Shown here piece after piece: positions 1 to 11,921 of a DNA stretch of 64,000 nt (positions are counted from its first letter, which is position 1; every line of letters starts with the position of its first letter). The notes beneath the pieces were generated by a model. It did not search any database and was not told the origin of the DNA. It saw only the letters and a program-made list of their open reading frames with translations. A program made the translations under genes and the position numbers. Source of the stretch: Cycas panzhihuaensis (taxonomy: Eukaryota > Plantae > Cycadophyta). The stretch is from assembly GCA_023213395.1 (NCBI GenBank), contig CM041465.1, positions 191,959,741 through 192,023,740 on the forward strand, read 5' to 3'.

Positions 1-1127
1 CTTTGAAGATTTGGTAAGACAAAGGGAAATTGATTAAGGAATGGCCTAAATCTAGTTCTTCAAGACAATAGTTTGTTGAGCCTAAGACTGAGTTGAAGGA
101 GTAGGAAGAAATTAAAGAGGAGTATGAAAATACTTGAGTCACAGTTAGATACGTAGTTTGAGGTTGCTCCCCCTATTAAAAGATTCCCCAAGTGATATTA
201 GCAATAGCTACATAGTTCAAATGGCAGTTACACTAACTCAATGTTAAAAGTTCCTTCCTTAATGGAGATCTTGCAAAGGAGGCTTATATGAAGCAACCAT
301 TTAAATATGCTTCTAAGGGCAAAGAGCATTTAGTATGTCATTTGAAGAAGGAAGCTTTGTATGGCCTTAAATAAGTTTCAAGAGCTTGGTATTCTAAGAT
401 CAATCAGTATTTTCTAGATAAGAGGTTTGAGAGATCATTAACAGATCCAAACCTATATATCAAAGTTGAAGGAAATTTAGTCATCTTTGTAGTATTATAT
501 ATAGATAATCTTGTGATCATAGAGAATGCCACCTCAAAGGTTGAAGACCTAAAGGATGATCTTAAGAGGACATTTGAGATGATAGATCTTGGTTTATTCC
601 ACTACTTTTTAGGAGTGAAAGTGTGGCAAAAGCCTAGGAAAAATTTCATTTCATAAATTGAGTATGCCAGGAAAATTATGAAGAGATTTAAAATGGAGAA
701 TTATAAACCTATATATAATCATATGGAAACAAACTTAAAATTGATATATCTAGATAATGATAAGGAGCAAGTTAATGTCACAATGCTTAAATAATTAGGT
801 GATAGTTTAATCTATTTGACTACTACTAGGCTTAATATTTCCTTTATAGTTGGTATGATATTGAGGTTCATGGCTAAATCAAAGTAGAGCCATTAAAAAG
901 TTGCAAAGAGGATCCAAAAATATTTGTAAGGGACATTGTACTTAATATTGGAGTTTAGCCAAGAAGATAATTTTAGGCTAACAAGATATTCAGATTTTGA
1001 TTAGGCTAAATGTGACAATAGCAGAAGGTCCACTTCAAGTTATTGCTTTTGTATAGGTTTTGTTATTATTACTTGGAGCAACAAGAAATAACATAATGTT
1101 TATTTATTATGTTTTGAGGTAGAATAC

Positions 1128-1958
1128 TGTTGACTTAGGGGGTATCTTAGTACACTTACAAGATACCTCTTACACTTGTCAAGGTTACACAGTGCTATAA
1201 TCTAGTTCAGGATACTATCAACATGGTCATTCACATATATTTCACAAAATTCTACCACAATGGTACATAGCAATACATAAATCAACACATACTCAGTAAT
1301 TCATCATCACAACATAAAGAATACACCATTTTCCATGTAACTCTTCCTTTTATTAAGTAATCAATTTAATTACACAGAGGCTGGAATGCATTCCTAAGCA
1401 TTCTAGTAACATACATTCCTTCTGTTACATATACGTACGCAGATGGTGCTTATCATACAATTCTACTCCAACTGGCTATCATACGTGCTGGCTTTCACAC
1501 CTTTGCGTACCTTTGATAGTCGGCTCTCACCCTAACTTGGTGGTTCATGCGTACCTCCTTAAGTACTCATGTTGGTACCTTTTGGCTAAAGGGTTATGAC
1601 TGCCTGTCATAACCATACCCCTTCAGTCATACGTACCCTTTCATTAATCACTTGTTTAGGCACTTAATTAATTATTCTTTGTATCTATACGTGCATGCGT
1701 ATGTCCGGCGACTCCACGGGCCTTCCTTTGGTCCCTTTGAGTCATGCGTACCGCTTCCACTTGGTTCTGTTCCGTTGTTGGTACGTATGTATCATACGTA
1801 CCCGTTCTAGGTACGCACATGTCATACGTACCCAGAATGTTAATTTCTCTATCGTTTTGCCTCGTGCATACCTTTGTATGGTCCATACCTACACAACTCA
1901 GGTTGCCTGACCTACCTCTAGTCCTCTCACAGCCATAGGATCATTTTATACTCCAACA
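1128..1958 (-). repeat. Gypsy-A 3' LTR
   Basis: TG...CA termini; direct repeat of 10798-11579. Confidence 0.95.
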
Positions 1959-2104
1959 TCTATCATGGGTCAATAGTTATGGGTTTGAGCATCCTTGCTA
2001 AATAAAACTCCAAAAATTTTTAAAATTTTGGGGTATCCCTCCCCCGCTCTATCTCAAGGTGACTCCTACTGCCTTTGTTCTCCCAAAATCTCTTCATTTA
2101 TCTA

Positions 2105-3056
2105 TGTCAGGGTGGTAATAATAACATCCTTCTCTTTTATTTTGTCTTGAAGGGCAGTTATCTTAGCCTTATACCCTTCCTCCATCTCCTGAATTAATTG
2201 AATGATGGGTCCTGCTTTGTCCTGTGGTGTAGGAGGTGTTGAAGGTTCCCCTACCTCCGTTACCTGAGGGAAGTCTTCCCATTCCTCCCAGGAGGCTTCT
2301 ACTTCTTCTTCCTCCTCCTTTAATTCTTCTTCTCCCTTCTTCCTCTTACCTCGTCTATGGATAACCTATTTTGTCTGAAGGGGAATGGGTGTGCTTGGTG
2401 TGTTCTATAACTAGGTAAGTACTTTCTGCATTTGTCTTTGTACTTTTCTCTTTGCTTCTAAGCTGTTCACTATGTCTGGAAATTTTGTTGCCCACAGTTT
2501 GATGATTGGCTCCCGAGGAGAGATAGTAGTCCTAGTCAGCTGCACCTCTGGACACTGATAGAATAAAATGGCCAAAAGCAAGGAGGGATGTTAGAATGGA
2601 TGTGTCCTAATCTCCTTGAGCTGCTGCCTCATATTCTCTGCTAAGAATTCAGACCAATTCAACATTTTGCCATCCCAAATTTTCAACAACACCTACATCA
2701 TGCCTCCCTGAATGTAGGTGTACTTCCGTTTGGACAAAAATATGGAATTGATCACTTTAGCCACCCACTGAAGTCTAACATCCATGATGTCTTTTGGTTC
2801 CTAGTGGAATTTCTCCTTTATTTGGAAGCCTTGTGATGGTATGAACTATGTCTACATCCATTTTGGCCTTCCTGTTATCCTCCTTCAGTGCCATTAGGAT
2901 TTGGTCCATAAGTTTAGAATCATAATACATAGGGTTACAGTAGATGTAGTCTCCCCAACCTGCTTGTTTAACCCTGGCCTGGAATTGAGCTGGTAAGGCT
3001 TGTAGCTCCTGCTTGAGTTTTGGTATGTATGCCTCCTAGCATCCTGATGTCCTCAT
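2105..3056 (-). pseudogene. Gypsy-A additional 3' ORF (aORF; possibly plant-mobile-domain-like), with frameshift and stops
   Basis: Manual translation: KLKQELQALPAQFQARVKQAGWGDYIY...DIVHTITRLPNKGEIP / PKDIMDVRLQWVAKVINSIFLSKRKYTYIQGG...KMLNWSEFLAENMRQQL...PSLLLAILF, then an acidic tail. Homologous to 13870-14722 in Gypsy-B. Confidence 0.75.
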
Positions 3057-3089
3057 GATGGCTGTGGAGTCCCAGAAATAAGACAAGTA

Positions 3090-3730
3090 ACCTAAGCGTA
3101 TAAACCGTAACCCTATGTACGTACCTCTGAGGAATGCTTGTCGTTTTTATGCCTTTGCATACTGCAATGCATATCAGAGTGAATTCTTTGCGTTTCGTGC
3201 TGTACGGATGCATGACAAATTTTTCGGAGTCCGTTCTGCTCTACGTACTGCACGGGAATGCTCGCAGGTATGTAATGATTTATCGTTTTATGGATTTTTG
3301 TCTTATACGTGCCCTCGGTACATATAGTGTTAAGGGTTTCCATTATGCATACTCGATTACATACGTTTTTGGTACGTAGAATATAATTAAGCACTTGAGT
3401 GTATTTTCCATTGTACGTACCCAACTACGTACTTTTTTGGTACGCATAATATAGTTTGTTTAACTTACTTCTCTTTGCACTGTGCATATCTGCCTGTATA
3501 CTTTTTAGGTACGTATAATGTAATTGAGCCACTTAAAATTTATTTATACTGTGCGTACCTGACTGCATACTTTTCATGTACGTATAGTGTAATTTTGAGT
3601 CACTTTTTTAAACTGTATGTACTTCAGTGTATTTCCTTGGTACGTATAGTGTATTTTTTAAATTTTATCACTTTTTCAACTGTATGTGCCTGGTAACATA
3701 CCTTTTTTATACATATACTGTATTTTGCTT
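3090..3730. repeat. Degenerate GTACGTA/TACGTATAGTG-rich repeat spacer between integrase and aORF
   Basis: Many imperfect copies of gtacgta, ggtacgtatagtgta and actgtgcgtacctg. Confidence 0.6.
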
Positions 3731-3954
3731 ATATGCTGTTGAATTTCCCTCTCATTTTCTCAGATTATGATGCTGTTACTTATGTCTGTGATGAGTTATG
3801 GTTGTTTTTTAATTTTTTTCTAATTTTTTTTCCTTTTTTATATCCATACTGAACTAGATCATGGCTTGGTATCAAGGCATTTGGTTGTACCTCAATATCA
3901 TGCAATACGATATGGTACAACCAGCTGATCCAGCTAGTAAGCTGGCTACTCAAT

Positions 3955-5289
3955 ATATGGCTTGAGTGCGCCACCGCTTTGCAGAGTTGGTAGCAGAGGT
4001 CCATCGATCTCTCGAAGCTGCACCGATCCATTCTCAAAGATTCGTTCTGTGATGTATGGTCCCAACCACCGCATCTTGAGTTTACCCAGGTGCGTTTTGA
4101 ATTTGCTATCATATAGCAACACTTAATCACCTTCGTTGAATTAAGGTTTTTGTAGATGGCAGTTGTGCCATGCTTTTTGCTGCTGCTTCTCCACATGTTG
4201 CAACCAGTTTGCCATGTGTCACTTTTCTTCTAATCGTACTAAATCTTCCAATCATCGTTCTAAAGACTGGAGGTCGACCAATCGACATTGCATCGTAACT
4301 CGTAAACTGGGCATCTCAAATTCTGTTGGGAGGATGGCTTATGTGCCATACGCAAGCTGGAATGGAGTCTGTCTAATTGACCTCTTGTATGTCATTCGAA
4401 ATGCCCATAGCATGGATGGTAATTTCTCGACCTAATTAGATCTGTCGATGTCATATATCTTCTACAAGTAATTCTCGATTATCTTATTCAAACTTTCTGC
4501 TTGACCATTGGCTCTCGAGTAGTATGGAGTAGATTTTTGATGGCTAATCATAAATGTTGATGTCAATGTTTCGATAGTTTGATTGAGGAAGTGGGCGCCT
4601 TGGTCACTTATGATCTCTGAGGGGCATCCAAATCGTGTAATCACTACCTCATACAGAAATCTCACTGTACTTTCTGTATCGACTTTCCATAATGTCTGCA
4701 CTTCTACCCACTTTGTCGTGTAGTCGATTGCCACCAGGATGTATTGAGCTTTCGATCTACACGCGGCTAGTTTGATTGGCCCCACGAAGTTGAGCCCCCA
4801 TTTCTTGAATGGTGCCAAAGGTAAAATAGGATGTAAAGATTGGAAATCCTATCGATTAGGTTTCCCCACCCGTTGGCAATAGTTGCACGCTTGAATCCAC
4901 TTTTTGACATCCTCGAACATAGACGGCCACTAGAACCTGGACATCAAAATCTTCTGCCATATGGCCAATTTCCCTATGTGGCTACCCGCTACTCCTTCAT
5001 GCACCTGCGACATGATCTGGTTTATCTTGTGCAGTCAAACACAATGTCGTAACACGTCGTCTGGCCCCAATTTATATAACTCTCCATTGATGAGTTGATA
5101 TGGCTCTAGTTTTCTGATAAAATTTCTTTTCCTCGTACGATCCAATTTTACTAATATTTCTCCAGTCACTAGATATTCTGGTATTCCCTTATACCAGTCC
5201 GTTGGAACTGCTTCCATACTGAACAGAGCTACATCTGGAAAATCATCTGGCACCCCCGTCGCTTTTTCTCCATTTTTAATTCTTGACAA
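3955..5289 (-). pseudogene. Gypsy-A integrase (with RH-INT linker; C-terminal GPY/F motif)
   Basis: ORFs 5035-5289 and 4462-4818: PFKKWGLNFVGP...AIDYTTKWVE...IISDQGAHF...STPYYSRANGQAE. C-terminal KLKMRWLGPY near 4050-4085. Confidence 0.93.
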
Positions 5290-6540
5290 CTAATCGGGGA
5301 TAATATGGGCTTTGTCAGGTTTTACAATGACTTTGAAAGAAAATTCTTGAAATAACATCAACCACCTGCCGATTCGTCCTCACATAATCAGTTTATTCAC
5401 CAAATACATCAATGCTTGGTGATCAATGAAAAACAAGAATGGATTTGATAATAAATAGTGTCGAAACTTTTGCAATGCGTATACCATGCCAAGTGCTTCC
5501 CTCTCTGTCATCGTATAATTCTGCTTAGCTCTTGTGAGTTTTCGACTGGCGAAGTAGATTGGATGATCTGTTTTATTGTCACTAGGTTATGCCAATACGC
5601 ATCTAATAGCGTATTGCGACGCATCCACATGCACGTGAAAAGTCTTCTTCCAATTTGGGAATCACAGTATAGGTGCTGCTACGATGGCTTGTTTCAATGT
5701 TTTGAATGCTTGTTGCTATTCTTCTGTCCATGCCCATTCAATATTCTTTTTCAACAACTCTTCCAGGGGTCCAGATATGTATGCATACCCCCTGATAAAC
5801 TTTCTCTAGTATCCCGTTAATCCCAAAAAACCTTTTAGTTGCTTTCTCGTGAGTGGTGTGGGAAAGTGCAGAATGGTAGATACTTTTACTGGATCTGTCA
5901 GCAATCCTTCCTTGCTGACTATATGCCCTAATAAGTTTCTAAAGGGTACCAGGAAGGTACACTTTTCTAGATTAAGACATAACTTATTTTCTCAGCATGT
6001 TTGCAACATTTCCCTCAGATTCTCCATGTGATCTTTCATCAGTCTATACAACGTCCAGTCGTCTAGGAATATGGCAACTTTTTCTCCAATAAACTTCTGA
6101 AAGATACTAATTACAATTCACTGAAACATAGCTGGTACATTCGTGAGACCGAATGGCATCACTTTGTATAAATATGTTCCCCATTCTATTACAAATGTGG
6201 TTTTTGCTGATCCTCCGGGGTAATCTGCACTTAATTGTACTTGCTGAATCTGTCTGTGAAGGAGTAAATCGCATTTCCTCCCACTGCTTCTAGAATATCC
6301 TCTGTAAAAGGTAACAGGAATGGATCCTTCTTTGTTACTTATTCAACTGTCTATAGTCTACACAGATGCAAATTTTCCCATTTTTCTTGGGAACCACCAC
6401 TACAAGGCTCACCCAGTCACTGTTGTCAATTTCATAAATATAACCCGCTTCCAACATTTTGTCAAGTTCAGCTTTTACTTTTTCTTTATATCTCATATTC
6501 ATCTAGTATGGCCTCTGTTTCACCGGTTTCACATCTTTCA
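5290..6540 (-). pseudogene. Gypsy-A reverse transcriptase and RNase H
   Basis: PVKQRPY, WVSLVVVPKKNGKICICVDY, PFGLTNVPAMF, IFLDDW (~6055-6072), FHVHVDASQY, TEREALG; stops and frameshifts present. Confidence 0.92.
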
Positions 6541-6949
6541 CTAAGTCAATGTGATGCATTCCTATCTCCGAAGGAATGCCTTTCAGGTCCTTATACGACC
6601 ATGCAAATACGTCACAGAATTCCTCAAATAACTGCTGGGCTTTTTCTACTGTCTGAGGATCCCAATAGTTTCCAATTCGAATGAATTTAGGATTAGCCTG
6701 ACTGCCAATATTAATCTCTGTAGTTTTCAACTTTGTTACACCCACATCTTCTGTATTTTCGGTTTTGTATCCTGGAGCGTCTTCTAGCTTTCTTTCTCCA
6801 ACATTGAATTCTATAAATTCTGCAGGATAGTTCATAACTTCTTCTTCTTCACTATGTGTAGATTCTACCTCTTCTTGGTCTGTTAGGTTTTGTTCTAATT
6901 TTATACTCATTACTCTAATATGTTTTAGGATTTTATCTATTTCTTTGTT

Positions 6950-7410
6950 ATCAGAAGTATGCCTAAAGGTTTTTATGAAGGATTTCTTTAAGTTTTCCCA
7001 TGTCACATCTAAATTTTGTTCCTTCCCTAGGAACCAGTCCTTTGCTACTCTCCCCAAGGTATGGTAAAAATAGTTAGGCCAATTATGTTTAGGTATACTT
7101 AAAGATCTCCATTTTTGTTTATATTTCTGTATGTGTTCCCTAGGATTGTGACCTACATAGAATACTAGAATGGTTAGTTGTGTTGGATGATTGAACTGAA
7201 TTCGAAACATTGTTTGTAAATCCTTCCAATTTCTAAGAGTGGCTTGGTGGGATAGGTACTAGTACCAAGCTTTTCCTCATAAGGTTAGTACTAAGTCCTG
7301 CTGCCATTGGGTTTTATCCTAATTCCCATGTTCCATCCAATACTCAACACAATGTGTTAAATGGGTAGTCCCATATAACTGCTCCCCATAGAATGGTTTA
7401 ACATAGTTCC
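6950..7410 (-). pseudogene. Two tandem Gag-capsid-like (Retrotrans_gag-like) modules located between protease and RT
   Basis: Module 1: PFYGEQLYGTTHLTHCVEYW...WQQDLVLTL*GKAWY*Y...NWKDLQTMFRIQF. Module 2: FYVGHNPREHIQKY...NWPNYFYHTLGRVAKDWF...VTWENLKKSFIKTF. Both match the F.G..P..H...L...A..W...W..L...F...F gag pattern. Confidence 0.75.
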
Positions 7411-8139
7411 CAATGTAAATTTGATGGTTTATTTCCTTTGAGATGATGACTCTACTGTCTAGACCAGAATCGCTAGAAGTACTTACAAGCGATCCTCCTT
7501 CCATTTCCTTGGTTTTGGCGCCAATGATTGGAAGAGATCTGTGGCTAGGTGGGTGTACCTCTAAGGAAGAGGAGGATGGAATATTACTTCCTTCCTCAGC
7601 TTGTAATAAGGGGGGGGATAAGGAATCTACCTCAAGACCTACGCCTGAAGTAGATAGGATGTCAGGATTACTATTAACTACAAAAATTATTAGATAAACT
7701 AGGGGTTTGTTAGTCTAGGTTATTATCATCCCTTAAACTATCGTTAGTTAGCATATATTCAAAAGAATCTGAATTATTATCAATGTTTGTAGATACATAT
7801 TTAGACAACAAATTACATCTATAAGAAGAAGAGTTTACTTCATACGCATCCTGTAGCCAGTAATCCAGGAATCTCATACCGTGTTCGTCATCTGAAGAGT
7901 TGTATATCTCCACGAAATATGTTAGTTCTTCTTGCTGGTGATTGGTTGATGTGGTGGGCTCTTCTGCCGTATGATAGAGATGTTCTTCCCCAATAGAAGA
8001 GAATGTTGTGTCGCTCGTAACCGTTGTGTTGGATCCCTCATCTGGAATCATTTCAATCGAGCTTCTTCCCAGTATTGGCAATACTATTTTATTTCCGTTG
8101 TCTGATAATGTGAAGGTTACATTCTTCCAATTCTGAAGG

Positions 8140-8450
8140 CATTGTGTTTTATACAACCATGGCCTCCCCAAGAGTGTTAGATAGGGTGTTGCCCCTTTCT
8201 CCATTTACACAATTGTGAAGTCGATTCGCACCACTATCACTGCCACATCTACCTTGATATTGGCCAATCTCCCCATAGGTCGTACCAATAGTTCGTTAGC
8301 CAATTTTAATGAATAGGTTGCCACTTCCAGCTTCGGGCTTCCCAATTTACGCCATGTTAAAGCTGGTAACACGTTTACTGCTGCGCCTCCATCAACGAAT
8401 ACCCATGGGAATGTTTCTCCCAAGACTGTCATGGTTACCATTGGATCCAT
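8140..8450 (-). pseudogene. Gypsy-A aspartic protease
   Basis: VFVDGGAAVNVLP active-site motif and downstream LLGRPWL. Confidence 0.92.
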
Positions 8451-8469
8451 ATCAAATGATGGTATGATT

Positions 8470-10657
8470 TGCTTCAGACTCTTGGTGATTCTCCGCTATA
8501 ACACTCCTCCTTTGATCCAATCGATAACTTGACATAGAGGAATGGTCAATTGTAGCTGCTTTACCAAATTTTCCATTAGCATCAACATTCTGGGAATATC
8601 CTCTACTGGCAATCCTTTAAAAAGTTCCTCCATTTACACCATTTAAGGTTGCACCTTAGGTTCTTCTGGTAGATTTTCTTTTTCCTTCTGTTTATTTTTT
8701 CATACATATACGTATTTGGTCTCTGGTTTACCCATTGGTAATGCATTCTCTTCCCGGACTAGGCCATCCAATACTTGTTTTGCTTTTCTGTATTGATCCA
8801 TTTTTGTCGGTGGATCTAGATATCCTTCATTCAATTTCTCTTTCTGTTTATTTTGTAGTTTGACATTTTTTGTTTCTGGTATGATTGTCATCAGGTTGGT
8901 CGCTTTAGCCTTTCCTTTGCAATCTTTTGTTTTGTGGTCACTTGGACCACAGTTATTACATATGAATGGCTTGTATTTGTATTCTTGCTTTGTTGGGCAT
9001 TCTGACTTCCAGTGCCCAAACTATAGACAGATGAGGCATCTACCCATTGGTGGTTTTTTCCTCGAGGGCTCTTGTGCGCCCCTCGTTGTATAAACATTCC
9101 AAGGTGAGTTGCCTCCCCTTCCCAAACCTCGTCCTTTGAAGGCCTTTCCCCTGGGATTGTAGAAACAATCCTTGGTTGTATGCGTATCAACATCGCTGAT
9201 ATGACACCATCTATCTTGTTGGTGCAACGCACTATTTTTTAAGTTCAATTCACATTCCTTAGTGGTATGTGAATTCTCTTCACAGATGTGGCACCATTTA
9301 GTTATTCTTCCAACATGATCTTTCTTTTTCGGTGTTTCTTCTTCTTCTCGATTATTTCTAATTTTTAATCTAGCCACCTCTTTTCTTAACGCTTCCAACT
9401 CTGATTCCTCTTCTACTACCCCTATCTGGCAAAAGGGTCGGTTGTACTGATTTTGCTTCAATTCTCTAATGTCATCTTGTAATCTCAGTAGCAAGGAGTC
9501 TTGTCCTCCTGCTTGTGCATCCATTTCTATTTCAAAATCTAACGCTAGATCTTGGGCATTCTTAAACGATTTCAGTGGATGAGCATGCATCATGGCTCTT
9601 AATTTCTCATTCAACCCTCTTACAAAGTAGTTTTTTATATTGTGATCTGTTATTGTCTCATTAATCATGTTGGCTGCAATGATTTTCATTCTGTTAATGT
9701 AGGTTAGGACGGATTCTCCTGGCCTTTGTCTGATTTCTCTTAATGTGATTTCCACTGCTTCATTACTACAAAACTTTTGAAATCTTTCCTCGAATGCTTT
9801 CTTAAGCTTTACCCATGGCTCATTCTTGTTTGTTTCTCTGTACCATGCCAAGGGTACTCCTCTCAGCGTATAGGCGAATCATGCTTTGATTTCATCTTCG
9901 TCTGTGATGTTTTTTACATCAATAAGATTCTGAAAGAGATACACATGCTCTGCTGCATCTGAAGTATCATTAAAAATCAGTTTCCCAAAGTATCTATAAT
10001 TATCCATTTTGGGAGATTGTAACTGTCCCCCACCTGGTGGTGATTTTTCCTTTCTCCCCTCCTTCGAGGATGCACTTGGAGTGCCTACCGCTATATTATC
10101 TTTCTCAAAAAGCATATTCTTGAATGGAGTTTTGATGTGTATGGGTTCCACTACACCTTGAACTTGTATAGTCAATGGTGTCACTGTAATATATGATTGA
10201 TCAGATCCCCTTTGTGTCAAATCTTCGAAAAGATGTCTCGTTAGCTTATTCTTCCAATATGTTGAGGGACCTTCCTCTACCTTCTTTTCACTGTCACTTG
10301 GGTCCTTCGAACTGCCCTCCACTAGTATACTTCCCTCTTTAAGGTTTCTTCATGTTTATCATCTACTTTTGGTTTCCCTTCAATCTCTGGGCTAAACAAA
10401 TCATCTCTAATTGGGACTAGTGTCAATAGCATGTGTTCGCCATTAGTTTCCTCTTTCTGAGGTGTCTAGGCTCCACTTGCCTCAGATCCTTCAACGGACT
10501 GTCCCTTAGTCTCATTGTTTTGTGAACTTAATCTCCTCACCCTTCTGAGTTTTGCTTCCTTTGACCATCTTAATGCCCTTTATCTGTTGGTCTCCTTTTC
10601 CTTGGGTGAAGTATCCTTATGGGGCTCCTCTGATCTTGAAGGCCTCTTAGGTGGCAT
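8470..10657 (-). pseudogene. Gypsy-A gag with four CCHC zinc knuckles
   Basis: ORF 9021-9851 (AWY...W.KLKKAFEERF...IRQRPGESV..Y..R...FVRGL). Knuckles CHICEENSHTTKEC, CHISDVDTHTTKDC, CLICL*FGHWKSEC, CNNCGPSDHKTKDC. Probable start MPPKRP at 10657. Confidence 0.9.
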
Positions 10658-10783
10658 TGGAAGGTCCCCTGGCTGCTGGTGGCTTAGTTACAGCCCGCCA
10701 TCACGATGGCATCCAGGGTCCTCTGCCCTTTATACATTCTTTTCTTTGAAACCCTTAGGCCATGTCCCTCCTCAACGGATGTA

Positions 10784-10796
10784 GGCAACGGAACCA
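10784..10796 (-). other. Primer binding site complementary to the tRNA-Glu 3' end
   Basis: Minus strand TGGTTCCGTTGCC, 1 nt from the 5' LTR. Plant tRNA-Glu ends in GGCAACGGAA-CCA. Confidence 0.8.
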
Positions 10797-10797
10797 A

Positions 10798-11579
10798 TGT
10801 TGACTTATGAGGTGTCTTATTACACTTACAAGATACCTCTTACACTTGTCAAGGTTACACAGTGCTATAGTCTAGTTCAGGATTCACATACATTCCACAT
10901 ATATTTCATAGAATTCTACCACAATGGTATACAGCAGTACAGAAATCAACACATACTCAGCAATTCATCATCACAACACAAAGAATACACCATTTTCCAT
11001 GTAACTATTCCTTTTATTAAGTAATCAGTTTAATTACACAGAGGCTGGAATGCATTCTTGAGCATTCCAATAGCATACATTCCTTATGTTATACATGCGT
11101 ACCAACCGGCTATCATATGTGTTGGCTTCTGCACCTTTGCATAACTTTGATAGTCGGCTCTTACCCTAATCTGGTGGTTCATGCGTACCTCCTTAAGTAC
11201 TCATGTTGATACCTTTTGGCTGAAGGATTATGACTGCCTGTCATAACCGTACCCTTTTAGTCATACGTACCCTTTCATTAATCACTTGTTTAGGTACTTA
11301 ATTAATTATTCTTTATATCCGTACATCTATACATACGTCTGGCAACTCCACAAGACTTCACTAGTCCCTTTAAGTCATGCATACCGCCTGGCTCAGATTC
11401 TGCTGGTTGGTACATATCTCATATGTACCGCCCTGCACGCACCTATCATACATACCGAATCTTTGATTTCTCCATTGTTTTGCCTCGTGCACTGCCTGCA
11501 TCGGCCCCACTGCACAACTCAGGTTGCCTGACCTACCTCTGGTCCTCTCACAGCCATAGGATCATTTTATACTCCAACA
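10798..11579 (-). repeat. Gypsy-A 5' LTR
   Basis: Direct repeat of 1128-1958; adjacent PBS. Confidence 0.95.
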
Positions 11580-11921
11580 AATACAAAGTTGTTATTATAG
11601 CAACTTATGAAGCCATCTAGTTGAGGTACGTGCTTGGTGATTTAGGACTACATTAGGATGAGCCAATTACACTATACTGTAATAATCAAAGTACCTTAAA
11701 AATTACCAAGAATTTAGAATTCCATGCTCATACCAAACACATCGAGATGCACCATCACTTCATTAGGGAGTAGATCCTAAATGGACAAGTCAAACTTTTA
11801 TAGAAATCAACAAAGTAACAAATTGTTGACATTTTCACTAAACCTTTACCTAGAAACAAATTTAATAAATTTAAATTTTTGTATCTACATTAAATCCAAT
11901 GATGTGAACATTAAGGAGAAA

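Larger units (their letters stand above)
1128..11579 (-). mobile_element. Gypsy-A: full-length Ty3/Gypsy LTR retrotransposon (non-chromovirus, Athila-like domain order), decayed
   Basis: Two LTRs TGTTGAC...CCAACA (1128-1958, 10798-11579). Perfect 5-bp TSD AATAC (1123-1127, 11580-11584). PBS next to the right LTR. Gag-PR-RT-RH-INT order on the minus strand. Confidence 0.96.
1..11900 (+). pseudogene. Copia-A pol remnant (RT + RNase H), interrupted by Gypsy-A at 1128-11579
   Basis: Degenerate Copia motifs: W.L.QLNVKSSFLNGDL..AYMKQP (~220-300), LYGLK..SRAWY, LYIDNL (YVDD-like, ~495-512), FEMIDLG, SRRSTSSY. The frame reads ...EVEY (ending 1127) and resumes KVVIIATYEAI*LR..LGDLG at 11585, then HTKHIEMHHHFIRE..IVDIFTKPL. 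Many stops. Confidence 0.93.
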
